Positions 1-8,311 of a DNA stretch of 64,000 nt are shown one piece after another. The DNA lies in NCBI GenBank assembly GCA_026396115.1, contig JAPLXL010000001.1, positions 2,761 through 66,760 on the forward strand, written 5' to 3'. A program made the position numbers and the translations under genes. Numbering within the stretch: the first letter of the stretch is position 1; every line of letters begins with the position of its first letter. The stretch is from Candidatus Nealsonbacteria bacterium. GTDB lineage: Bacteria > Patescibacteriota > Minisyncoccia > Minisyncoccales > RBG-13-42-11. Under the pieces are notes generated by a model. That model saw nothing but the letters and a program-made list of their open reading frames with translations, was not told the origin of the DNA and made no database searches.

Positions 1-308
1 GAAGAGTGTTGAGAGTGTTGAGAGTGTTGAGAGTGTTGAGAGTGTTGAGAGTGTTGAGAGTGTTGAGAATGTTGAGAATGTTGAGAGTGTTGAGAATGTT
101 GAGCGTGGCAAGAAGAGTGACTGCTGTGCTGAGAATGAGACCAAATAGCATCTACTTTTCTAGGTAGTGCTAACTTGGCCACAAGCAAACTCAAACCTAC
201 TAATCCGATACCTAAATCCAAAACACTTTTTTTACTTATCTTTCCTTCTTCATTAAAAAGAAAATCTTTAATATTTTTTTTGATAAAAGGTATCTTCTTT
301 TTAGCCAT
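1..308 (-). CDS. Partial small protein (3' end beyond window): N-terminal hydrophobic anchor, then His-Ser-Gln tripeptide repeats; HxsA-like candidate radical-SAM substrate
   Basis: Own minus-strand translation from ATG at 306-308: MAKKKIPFIKKNIKDFLFNEEGKISKKSVLDLGIGLVGLSLLVAKLALPRKVDAIWSHSQHSSHSSCHAQ, followed by at least 10 uninterrupted HSQ units reaching position 3. Absent from the ORF track because no stop codon lies inside the window. Confidence 0.6.
   Translation of the reverse strand, partial: MAKKKIPFIKKNIKDFLFNEEGKISKKSVLDLGIGLVGLSLLVAKLALPRKVDAIWSHSQHSSHSSCHAQHSQHSQHSQHSQHSQHSQHSQHSQHSQHSQHS
2..109. repeat. 9-bp tandem repeat GAGAGTGTT/GAGAATGTT: 11 clean units plus one degenerate unit, continuing past the left edge
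   Basis: Direct reading. The unit length is a multiple of 3 and encodes the HSQ repeat on the minus strand. Confidence 0.95.
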
Positions 309-329
309 AAAATATAATCTAATTACTCA

Positions 330-358
330 ATAATAATAAATTACATAAAATCTGTCAA
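330..358 (-). promoter_or_regulatory. Sigma70-like promoter for the repeat-protein gene (TTGACA, 17 nt, TATTAT)
   Basis: Minus-strand reading gives TTGACA (353-358), a 17-nt spacer and TATTAT (330-335), about 22 nt upstream of the ATG at 308. Confidence 0.4.
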
Positions 359-508
359 ATAGCTATACAACTTTCTAGCGTTAAGGATAGAGAAAAAAGT
401 TGTTTTAAGCTTAAACCAAGCAGCTTCTCATTTTGATAGTAATACTCACACTTAATTTTTTTCACTTTAATTTTTAAATATACTCAAAAAAACCTAAAAT
501 GGATTCTT

Positions 509-1615
509 TTAGTTTTTAATCCACCTGAAATCCAACTTTTCTTTTCTTTTTTGAAAACTTTTTTTCCATCTTATTCCCGGCTCTGACAATATTTCGAACA
601 AACGCCAACACTGAGGATCAGGAGCTGAAGCATCTTTAAAATAACTAAAAGACATACATTTAGCGCCACCGCGACATTTTTCATAATAAGAACAAGAAAA
701 ACATATGTTATTGATATTATTTTGGTTTCTTATTTTTTGCAAAGCTTTTGAATTATAATAAATATCTTCAAAAGATTGTTTTAATAAATTACCGGAAAAA
801 AGAGGTAATCTTCGACAAGGATAGACATCACCATTAGGCAAAACACTAAAACTCATATAGCCAGCCGAACAACTTCCTGCTTGATATTGAGGAAAATCTT
901 GAAGTAACATTCCATCTTCACAACCCAAACCAATCGGCCGCCAAAAGTTTTGTTTCGCTTTTAAAATATAATGCCACAATGCCCTAACTTCTTTTGGTTC
1001 TAAAAGAAATTTTTTCATCTTTTTCCCACTCCCCAAAGGAATACACCGCCTTATACCCAAACCAACTTCTAATTCTCTGCTCAGATTAATAACTTCAGGA
1101 ACCTCCTTAAGATTAACCTTGCTTACTGTTATTGAAAAATTTGTATTTATCCCTGCATTTTTTAATAATTTAACTGCTTTAATTGCTTTTTTAAAAACGC
1201 CCTTGCCCCTAATATAATCATTTATCTCTTCCATGCCTTCCAAGCTTATTTGAACATAATCCACCTCTAAATCTTTTAATTTTTTTATATTTTTTTCATC
1301 TAAAAAAGTTCCGTTGGTTAAAATTCCATATTGAAAAAAAGACCGGTTTTGATAACATTTTTCCAAAAAATCAAAAAAATCTTTTCTTATTAAAGGCTCT
1401 CCGCCTGTAAGTGAAATTCTAACAACCTCTTTTGGTAGTTTCCACTTTTTAATTTGACTGATAAAATCTTCTAAGATATCAACAAGTGCTTGAAATGTAA
1501 CTTCTTCTTTTAAAAAAGCAGGGTCTTGATAACAGTGCTTACAACGCAAATTACATCTTTCTGTCATGTGCCACTGTAAGTGAAATGATTTCGGTTTAAA
1601 TTTATTCATAAGCAA
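509..1615 (-). CDS. Radical SAM enzyme with Cys-rich SPASM-like C-terminus (HxsC-like position in the locus)
   Basis: CNLRCKHC (CxxxCxxC) at aa 21-28; GGEPL. The C-terminal Cys cluster is CSAGY..PCRRL..CFSCSYYEKCRGGAKC..PQCW. Its start directly abuts the stop of the upstream rSAM gene. Confidence 0.85.
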   Translation of the reverse strand: MLMNKFKPKSFHLQWHMTERCNLRCKHCYQDPAFLKEEVTFQALVDILEDFISQIKKWKLPKEVVRISLTGGEPLIRKDFFDFLEKCYQNRSFFQYGILTNGTFLDEKNIKKLKDLEVDYVQISLEGMEEINDYIRGKGVFKKAIKAVKLLKNAGINTNFSITVSKVNLKEVPEVINLSRELEVGLGIRRCIPLGSGKKMKKFLLEPKEVRALWHYILKAKQNFWRPIGLGCEDGMLLQDFPQYQAGSCSAGYMSFSVLPNGDVYPCRRLPLFSGNLLKQSFEDIYYNSKALQKIRNQNNINNICFSCSYYEKCRGGAKCMSFSYFKDASAPDPQCWRLFEILSEPGIRWKKSFQKRKEKLDFRWIKN

Positions 1616-3034
1616 TTATTTCTTTCCTGCCCATTTTTTAAAGATTTCTTCCACTTTTTTATCTCGCATTTTAGAAAAAAAGTAATCAAACTGTGCTTTT
1701 TTCATTTTACAGTGCTCAGTATTTTCTATTTGTGGAAAAAGGTTTCCGTAATAAACATAATTTTTAAGAGGACATATACCACAATAAGGTTTATAAACAC
1801 AATAATCACACGATGTATTTTCTAAACAAGAAGCTGCCATCATGACTCTTGTTTTGCTGTTTAAAATAACATCTTTATACTCATTTGTTATGTTTCCTAT
1901 TAAAAAAGTATCATTCTCAAGCATCCTTCCTTCGTCACAAGTATAAATGTTGCCGTCATAATTGTAGAGCATTTGTCCAAGAACTGCTCCACAGGGAGAA
2001 CTTAAATCAGTATATCCAGGATTCTTATTTGTCATAATTCTTTGAAGCATTATCTGAGACTCTCTTTCTTCAAAATATCTTCCATTCTTGTTAATTGAAA
2101 TAATATAATCCATTGATTTTTTCCAAAACCTTATAAATTCTTCAACCGAATAACCAATTTTATCTTGGTGAACCCTCGAGTATCCTAAATAACTTAATTG
2201 TCTTAGATGAATTGATTGAAATTCCCACTTTAAATATTCATCAATAATTTGTTTCGGATATTTGAGAGAATACTTTGAAATGGTTAGTAGCGCTCCAATT
2301 TTTCCATTTTTTTTAATTTTTTTAATCCAATCAGTTGTAGTTTTATAGCTATCACCACCAGGCCAAGGTCTGTTTTTATTATGAATTTTTTTAGGACCAT
2401 CTAATGAAGTGCAAATATTTACTTTATTTTTTGTCAAAAATTCAAGTTTTTTTTCTGTCATTAATGTTAAATTAGAAACCAATTGAATTTTAAGATTTCT
2501 TCCTGTTTTTTGGGATTTCTCTCTAGCATATTCAACAATAAATTTAACCACTGGCCAATTAACCAAAGGTTCACCACCTTGAAATTCAATAGTAATAAAT
2601 GGGTTCGGTGTATCAAAAATAAAATCAACTGTTTTTTTTGCAGTATCTAAACTCATATCATATTTTTTTTCTTTTAACGATCTAGAGCTGGCCTGACAAT
2701 AAATACATCTGAAATTACATCTTAAGGTTACAGCTACTATATGAAGAGACGGGCCCGACTTAAACAAATTTGATTTTCTCGCCCTGTAAGTGCTAATTAA
2801 TTCTTCTTTTTGATAAAAAGGAATATTTTTAAAAAATCCTTTGTCCCTTAACTCTTCATAAGCTTGATTTTCCTTATTTAACTTCCCTTCTAAAAAATTC
2901 TTGAATTGATCAGGGGTTAATATCGCGTAAAAACCAAAATCATTTGTTAATAAATAATTACCGTCTATTTTTCCAAAACGAAAAAATCCAACCTTTCTTG
3001 AATTTATTTTAATATTTTTTAATTCTGAATCCAT
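1616..3034 (-). CDS. Radical SAM enzyme with SPASM-like C-terminus (HxsB-like / anSME-like)
   Basis: CNFRCIYC at aa 106-113; GGEPL. The C-terminal cluster is CGAVLG..YTCDEG..CLENTSCDYCVYKPYCGICP..EHC. Confidence 0.85.
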   Translation of the reverse strand: MDSELKNIKINSRKVGFFRFGKIDGNYLLTNDFGFYAILTPDQFKNFLEGKLNKENQAYEELRDKGFFKNIPFYQKEELISTYRARKSNLFKSGPSLHIVAVTLRCNFRCIYCQASSRSLKEKKYDMSLDTAKKTVDFIFDTPNPFITIEFQGGEPLVNWPVVKFIVEYAREKSQKTGRNLKIQLVSNLTLMTEKKLEFLTKNKVNICTSLDGPKKIHNKNRPWPGGDSYKTTTDWIKKIKKNGKIGALLTISKYSLKYPKQIIDEYLKWEFQSIHLRQLSYLGYSRVHQDKIGYSVEEFIRFWKKSMDYIISINKNGRYFEERESQIMLQRIMTNKNPGYTDLSSPCGAVLGQMLYNYDGNIYTCDEGRMLENDTFLIGNITNEYKDVILNSKTRVMMAASCLENTSCDYCVYKPYCGICPLKNYVYYGNLFPQIENTEHCKMKKAQFDYFFSKMRDKKVEEIFKKWAGKK

Positions 3035-3240
3035 TGTGACTTATTTTTCATCTCACTTAAAATGTAATTACAAAACTCATCTCTAAATATGTTTTTTACT
3101 TCTTCATTAATATTGGTTACTTTTACTACAATATTACGTTTATTTTTCTCAATATTAAATGTCGCCAAACCCACATAAGCTCTAATACTATTTTCTATTG
3201 CTGTTAAGTTATAAAATTTTTTGCTGAAACTTATCATCAT
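3019..3240 (-). CDS. Small protein, HxsD-like (paralogous to the N-terminus of the 213-aa neighbour)
   Basis: 73 aa, overlapping the rSAM start by 16 nt. The pattern FYNLTAIENSIRAY...IVVKV...FRDEFCNYILSEM parallels LYSLEAVYGAAYAF...IQVSL...EFLNELLNFSLRD in the upstream ORF. Confidence 0.5.
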   Translation of the reverse strand: MMISFSKKFYNLTAIENSIRAYVGLATFNIEKNKRNIVVKVTNINEEVKNIFRDEFCNYILSEMKNKSQWIQN

Positions 3241-3253
3241 TTCTTTTTAGTTG

Positions 3254-3895
3254 CTAATTTTTCTTAATATTTTTCTTAGTACTTTTTTTCTTTTTATTTT
3301 TCTTACATTTTTCTTGTTTTTGATCTTCCTTTTTCCATGGAATAACGATTTCCTCAGATTCTTTTCCCCAATCTGGTTCCTTTATAAATTCTTCTTTTTC
3401 TTGTTTTGAACTTTTTTTGTCTAAACATAGATGTTTTTCTTCCCAAGTAACAGCAATTCCTTCAGGATCTTTTTCCCAAGATAAAGCCTTTTCAAATTCC
3501 TCTGTTAAAGTTTCTTTGTCCCAGGCATCAGCTTTGTCTAAAGGTTTTCTTCTTAAAGTTTCTTCCCTTTTCTCCATTAATTTTCCAGAATTAGGCAAAG
3601 CTGAAGCTAATGCTCTGCCAATTATATATTCTCTAATTTTTCTGTTGCTTTTGGAAATTTTATCACGCAAACTGAAATTCAAAAGTTCATTTAAAAATTC
3701 TCCTTTCAAAGTTTCTAAACTTTTTTTTGTCAATTTTTCTTTTCCCTTTAAGCTAACCTGAATTTTAGATTTAAAGCCCTCCTCCAAATAAATATAAGCT
3801 TTATCCAAAAAAGCATAAGCTGCCCCATAAACTGCTTCCAAAGAATAAAGCTTTGGATCTACTGAAATAATTATTTTGTTTTCTTTTTTTTTCAT
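3254..3895 (-). CDS. HxsD-like N-terminal domain fused to a Lys/Glu/Trp-rich C-terminal tail
   Basis: 213 aa. The motif ELLNFSLRD resembles the LLNDYxLRE signature I recall for HxsD. The tail contains two W(D/E/G)K(E/D)...W(E/K)(E/K)K repeats. Confidence 0.5.
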   Translation of the reverse strand: MKKKENKIIISVDPKLYSLEAVYGAAYAFLDKAYIYLEEGFKSKIQVSLKGKEKLTKKSLETLKGEFLNELLNFSLRDKISKSNRKIREYIIGRALASALPNSGKLMEKREETLRRKPLDKADAWDKETLTEEFEKALSWEKDPEGIAVTWEEKHLCLDKKSSKQEKEEFIKEPDWGKESEEIVIPWKKEDQKQEKCKKNKKKKSTKKNIKKN

Positions 3896-3915
3896 AATAT
3901 ATAGGTTGTTAATTT

Positions 3916-4512
3916 TTATGGCATGGGTGAAAATTGATCTCTGGAAAAATTATATTTTTCCTTTAATTCCTGCCAGTCTTTTTCGCTTTTAATTTCTTTA
4001 ATATAACAAGTTTTATTTGGCTGGAAATCAGAATTATCTTCAGGAAGTAAAAGATATCTAATCAAAGCAATTTCAGGCTTTGATTCCGGGTAATCAACTA
4101 AAGACCAAGTTTCATAAACATAAGAAAAATAAATTGGCTTTTCTTTTTCATATAAACAAGCATGAAGTATTGGAGTATAATGAACGCCAATTAGTTCAAC
4201 TTCTGATAAAAAATAACGTTCAATTCCTGATTCTCTTAATCTATGTAGTATTTCCGGAGATACTTGTTTAGTATCTTCTAGTAAACTTGGTTCTATTTCT
4301 AATTCCAATTGCCGAATAATCTTCTCTAAATCTTTTTTCATTTCCAGTCTTTCTTTTTCAATCAAGGACTTAAAATAAAATCCTAAAAAACTAACTACCA
4401 GAATTCCACCCATTATTAAAGCTAAAAGAGTCAATCTATCTTTCTTTAATTTTATTTTTTTGAATTTATCTTCCCATTTCTTAAAAGGAGAAATTTTTCT
4501 TTTTCCCTTCAT
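3916..4512 (-). CDS. Hypothetical membrane-anchored protein
   Basis: 198-aa ORF with one N-terminal TM segment (LTLLALIMGGILVVSFLGFYF) and a coiled-coil-like stretch. Confidence 0.5.
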   Translation of the reverse strand: MKGKRKISPFKKWEDKFKKIKLKKDRLTLLALIMGGILVVSFLGFYFKSLIEKERLEMKKDLEKIIRQLELEIEPSLLEDTKQVSPEILHRLRESGIERYFLSEVELIGVHYTPILHACLYEKEKPIYFSYVYETWSLVDYPESKPEIALIRYLLLPEDNSDFQPNKTCYIKEIKSEKDWQELKEKYNFSRDQFSPMP

Positions 4513-4515
4513 ATA

Positions 4516-4989
4516 TTAAATTCCGCAACAATAAAGTCTCATCTGATACCATCTACTAGTCCCGGAGCCGCACAAGCTACCTGTAGTATAACGGTCAACG
4601 CCTGCTACAAACTTACCATTCGCACAAGTCTGGCTAGCATCACAAGTATAAGCTGTCCAAGCACAACCATCCCAAGTATTATTCGGAGCATTAATATTGC
4701 CTGTTGTGTATACATTCCCACTAATGTCTAATTTTTGACTAGGATTCGCCGTCCCGATGCCGACGTTGCCGCTATCTCGTGCCAGAATTGTTCCAAATCT
4801 TGAAATAAAAGCACCCACTGACAGTCCTCCTGATTTTATTTGGTCTACGGAACCAACATTAAGAGGAGCCGGAACATTACCTCCTGGAGGAGTGGTCGTT
4901 GGTTCTGTCCAGGCTAAAACCAAATAACCGACCAGAAAACTCATTGCCAAAACCCCTAAAATAAGGGCTATTGATTTTGTTTTTTGCAT
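4516..4989 (-). CDS. Secreted Cys-rich protein with AWTEP-type leader (paralogous leader to 8312-9781)
   Basis: The N-terminus MQKTKSIALILGVLAMSFLVGYLVLAWTEPTTTPPGGNVPAPLNVGS is about 80 percent identical at DNA level to the first ~150 nt of gene 8312-9781. It shares the NVGIGT motif and has 8 Cys in the C-terminal third. Confidence 0.6.
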   Translation of the reverse strand: MQKTKSIALILGVLAMSFLVGYLVLAWTEPTTTPPGGNVPAPLNVGSVDQIKSGGLSVGAFISRFGTILARDSGNVGIGTANPSQKLDISGNVYTTGNINAPNNTWDGCAWTAYTCDASQTCANGKFVAGVDRYTTGSLCGSGTSRWYQMRLYCCGI

Positions 4990-5007
4990 ATATTTATAAT
5001 ATCTTTA

Positions 5008-5066
5008 GGCGAAGAGAACTCTGTTCTCTTCTTCACCTTCGTCCCGCTATCGCGGGACTCGGTAAT
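5008..5066 (+). repeat. Family-1 palindromic mini-element, short form
   Basis: GGCGAAGAGAAC-TCT-GTTCTCTTC TTCACCTTCG TCCCGC-TAT-CGCGGGA CTCGGTAAT. Confidence 0.85.
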
Positions 5067-5089
5067 TAATTTTTAATCTCGACTTTTTG

Positions 5090-5404
5090 TCAAGGCGTAA
5101 GTTGTTTTAATACTCCTTCCAGTTCTTTTTGCTCTTCTTCGGTCATTGGCTTCGGCTGGGTCGGAGTTAATTGTTTTAAAAGCTCCTCTTGTTCTCTTTT
5201 GTCTTCTTCGGTTAAGGGTTCTGGTTCTGCCGGGGTTAATCTTTCTAAAACTTCCTCTATGGTTTCTTCTTTTTCTGGGGCAACCTCTTTTTCAGAAGAA
5301 ATTTTCCCTTTTTGAAAAAGAGCCACAGAGATAATGATGCTGAAGACCAAAACTACTGCTATTGAAATTCCGATAATAATGTTTTTGTTAATTTTTGGCA
5401 TCAT
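5090..5404 (-). CDS. Small membrane-anchored Glu/Pro-rich protein with MMPKINKNI leader
   Basis: 104 aa. The N-terminus MMPKINKNIIIGISIAVVLVF is shared with 9844-10353 and 6989-7621. There is an internal repeat LTPAEPEP / LTPTQPKP / LKQLTP. Confidence 0.55.
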   Translation of the reverse strand: MMPKINKNIIIGISIAVVLVFSIIISVALFQKGKISSEKEVAPEKEETIEEVLERLTPAEPEPLTEEDKREQEELLKQLTPTQPKPMTEEEQKELEGVLKQLTP

Positions 5405-5527
5405 ACATTTTAAATTCTAATTTCTAATTTCTGCCTTGTTAGAAAGAGAAAAACAAGAAAATACAAAATTGTCTTTTTTGATAAAGTTATATTCATTACA
5501 CCGGGAAGCCATCCAGCAGGATTCTAA

Positions 5528-6838
5528 TTAAATTTTCAAAAACCCATCAAATAAATTAACAATCTCGGCGAAAAGATTCTTGAACCAAGTAGTCGGAGGC
5601 ACCTCTTGGTATTCAGGAAGAGGAAGGGTAATAGCCACTTGGCGAGTAGTATCACAACTGCCAGCCGGAGTAAGACTATTATCAGTTATGGTTAGTCTGA
5701 CTGTTTTTGGTCCAGTAGTAGTATAAGTAGTGGTTGCATTACCCTTTGTTGTGGAAATCTGGCCATTACCAAAATCCCATAAATATGAAATAGACCCACC
5801 AGTAGAACAACTATATTCAGTATTACCAGGGGAAGAATAACATTTAGAATTATCAGTAAAAGTTACTACCTCTCCAATTGCTGGGTTTTGAGGAGAAAGA
5901 GTGAAATCGGAATAAGGATAAGAGTGGCTGACAGTGGTAAATGATTCTGGAGGAGGGGTATTGTTTTGGTAGACGATCCAATCAGTAGAAGTAGTGTCTT
6001 GGCTATCCCAGACTTTTAGTCGCCAATAATAAGTTGTATTCCAGGAAAGAGTTGGATAAGGTGATTGGATAACAAATGCTTGAGATTGACCAGTTGAACC
6101 AGTTATTTTGCCAGTATCCAAGACTAGAGGGGAGAAACCAGAAATAGCGGCTACTTGAATCTGATAGGCAGATTGACTATCTCCTGGGTCAGAAAACTGC
6201 CATTTCAACCGAACCAGAGGGTAACCGGTAATTCCACAATAATCTGTTGAGTTTGGAGGATCGACCGAAAGATTAATAGCTGAAGGCGGTTGGTTGAAAA
6301 TGAAGGAAGTTATTACTTTGTAGTTTGAAGTGCCGCAAACCCCTTGATTGCTACAATTAAAACTAATCCAGCCAATAACCATATCTGACCAAGCCCAGCT
6401 GGAAAATTCGCCATTCTCAGTATTAATATAAACTCCGTAATTTGAACCTTTCAATTTTATCCAACCATCCCAGCCGTCGCCATAATTCAATGCCCTTGCC
6501 CAGCCGGAAACTTCGCCGCTGCCAGTAGTATCCACTTTTGTCGAATAATTGGGTAATGTGGGATAAGGACCGGCTGGCGCAAAGTGAATCCAGCCAATAT
6601 GCTCTGACCAGGCATAACCTGAAAAAGTTCCATCGCTATTTATATTTACACCGTAATTCCCTGTCCCACAAGTTCCCTGATTTGTACAATTAAAACTAAT
6701 CCAACCAATATTCTCTGACCAAGCCCAGCCAGAAACATTATCTCCTGACCCCGCTTGGACTTCTCCGGTAAAAAGAAAACTAAAAACTGCAAATAATGTT
6801 ATTGTAATCGCTAAAAATTTTTTGTTCATAAAAAACAC
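5528..6838 (-). CDS. Secreted repeat protein with C-terminal PKD-like domain
   Basis: Signal peptide. Four copies of the motif SGWAWSENIGWISFNC / SGYAWSEHIGWIHF / SSWAWSDMVIGWISFNC. The C-terminal VVTFTDNS...YLWDFGNG...TYTTTGPKTVRLTITDN looks like a PKD domain. Confidence 0.7.
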   Translation of the reverse strand: MFFMNKKFLAITITLFAVFSFLFTGEVQAGSGDNVSGWAWSENIGWISFNCTNQGTCGTGNYGVNINSDGTFSGYAWSEHIGWIHFAPAGPYPTLPNYSTKVDTTGSGEVSGWARALNYGDGWDGWIKLKGSNYGVYINTENGEFSSWAWSDMVIGWISFNCSNQGVCGTSNYKVITSFIFNQPPSAINLSVDPPNSTDYCGITGYPLVRLKWQFSDPGDSQSAYQIQVAAISGFSPLVLDTGKITGSTGQSQAFVIQSPYPTLSWNTTYYWRLKVWDSQDTTSTDWIVYQNNTPPPESFTTVSHSYPYSDFTLSPQNPAIGEVVTFTDNSKCYSSPGNTEYSCSTGGSISYLWDFGNGQISTTKGNATTTYTTTGPKTVRLTITDNSLTPAGSCDTTRQVAITLPLPEYQEVPPTTWFKNLFAEIVNLFDGFLKI

Positions 6839-6988
6839 GGTGAATTAATTTTTCTTGTTTCATTTTACCACAAGTGAGCAAAATGTCGCCTGTGGAAAAC
6901 TAAGCAATGTTTGGAGGCCCGACCTACAAACATTTAATTTCCGAAGAGTCAAACCCGTGTGAGTGTTACAAGTACCCATTGTCCCTTG

Positions 6989-7621
6989 TCATCGAAGCTT
7001 CAGCTCTTCTTCTGCTGTCTGTAGATTCTGCCTAGCTAAATTAAAATCAACATCCAAAGAGAGGGCTTTTTTATATTCAATAATAGCCTCCTCTATTCTG
7101 TCCTGGTCGTGAAAAGCATTACCTAAATCATTATAAGCAGAAGCAAAATTTGGACTTATAGCTATAGCCCTCTGATAATATTCTATTGCTTTATCTACAT
7201 TTCCCTGATCAAAGTAAATATTGCCCAAATTGTCTAAACTAACTACAGATTGAGGGTCTAAGTTAAGCACTATCTCATATTCTTTGATTGCCTCATCAAA
7301 CAGTCCCATAGTGTAATAAGTTCCAGCCAAATCAAAATGGACTTCAATGTTGTCTTTATCAATTTCAAGTATTCTCTTCAATACCTCCACTGCCTTATCG
7401 CGCTCACCTAATGTATTATAGAGAGTGGCTAGTTTATTAAGTACTGCAATGGAATTATCACTTTTTTTGTATTCTTTGATTGCCTCATCAAATTGAAATT
7501 CTGTTTCATAAATTATTCCCTTAATCAAGTGTCGGTTGATATTTATTTGCCACTGAGTATAACCAGCTATTAAGAAAATAGCTACTCCTCCTAATAAGAT
7601 GTTTTTGTTAATTTTTGGCAC
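6989..7621 (-). CDS. TPR-repeat protein with MPKINKNI membrane anchor (GTG start)
   Basis: Repeated 34-aa units (AIKEYKK..., AVEVLKRILEIDKDN, AIKEYEIVLNLDPQS, AIEYYQRAIAISPNF, AIIEYKKALSLDVDF). Confidence 0.8.
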   Translation of the reverse strand: MPKINKNILLGGVAIFLIAGYTQWQININRHLIKGIIYETEFQFDEAIKEYKKSDNSIAVLNKLATLYNTLGERDKAVEVLKRILEIDKDNIEVHFDLAGTYYTMGLFDEAIKEYEIVLNLDPQSVVSLDNLGNIYFDQGNVDKAIEYYQRAIAISPNFASAYNDLGNAFHDQDRIEEAIIEYKKALSLDVDFNLARQNLQTAEEELKLR

Positions 7622-7654
7622 TGGCTTTATTATTTTTTATTTTCTTTAAGATCT

Positions 7655-8209
7655 TTAATAGGGAAGATGAATCCCACCTTCCACAATTTGAATTTCTTTG
7701 GCAGTAATTTCTTTTTTGCCTTTGATGTTCTCTTCAGAATTTACCATAATATAATCTCCTGTTTTAATATCTTCAAAGCTTAAAAGTACTTTTTCGAAGG
7801 GTTCCAAAGGCATTTCTTCCGACACTTTTGGCGCTACTATTTCAGTCTGGAAAATCTCTGTTTCCTCGATCACATTTACCTTAATATTTCGTCTTTCGTA
7901 ATCTTTTCCTTCTGGTAAAGGGAATTGGCTCACTCGAATTTGGGCTTCCATTACTAAGAATTTATCTCCTACTTCGGTTACGGTTCCATCAATACTATAA
8001 ACTTCTTCCTGCAGAGGAGGATAAACCGTTTCTAACTGGGATTTCAGTAAATCAATCTCTTCTTGGGCTTGGCTAATTTTTACTTGTTGGTTTGCTTTTT
8101 CAGAGATTTTACCCATTCCAAAACCTATTATAAGAGAGATGATAGAGACTATAATTATAGAGACTATAATTAATGATACAATAATCCTCTTTTTCATGTT
8201 TTTATTCAT
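7655..8209 (-). CDS. Hypothetical membrane-anchored protein (paralogous C-terminal region to 9844-10353)
   Basis: The track ORF starts at 8266. I prefer MNKNMKKRIIV (8209, or 8197) because the upstream 40 nt is a copy of the non-coding region at 10670-10711. Confidence 0.55.
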   Translation of the reverse strand: MNKNMKKRIIVSLIIVSIIIVSIISLIIGFGMGKISEKANQQVKISQAQEEIDLLKSQLETVYPPLQEEVYSIDGTVTEVGDKFLVMEAQIRVSQFPLPEGKDYERRNIKVNVIEETEIFQTEIVAPKVSEEMPLEPFEKVLLSFEDIKTGDYIMVNSEENIKGKKEITAKEIQIVEGGIHLPY

Positions 8210-8311
8210 GATTAATTTAAAATAGACCTTTATTGATTTTCTTTGATTTCTTGCGTTTCCAACCAATCAATGCTTATAAACTGAATAAGAATCAAACAAG
8301 CATCCACCCCG

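Noticed and set aside
3417-3761. Plus-strand 114-aa ORF, and many similar track ORFs antisense to longer genes (4080-4271, 5146-5334, 8694-8984, 8866-9117, 9045-9251, 9351-9575, 10065-10274, 11130-11372, 11137-11349, 11824-12069, 14392-14583, 19101-19482, 28051-28635, 31087-31379, 34040-34345, 40229-40528, 43983-44476, 46008-46247, 46838-47194, 55747-56070, 57431-57855, 58712-59284, 60183-61131, 61713-62063, 62912-63112)
   Set aside because: They lie entirely inside, and antisense or out-of-frame to, longer ORFs with recognisable products. They have low-complexity or Ser/Leu/Phe-rich translations typical of shadow ORFs in AT-rich DNA.
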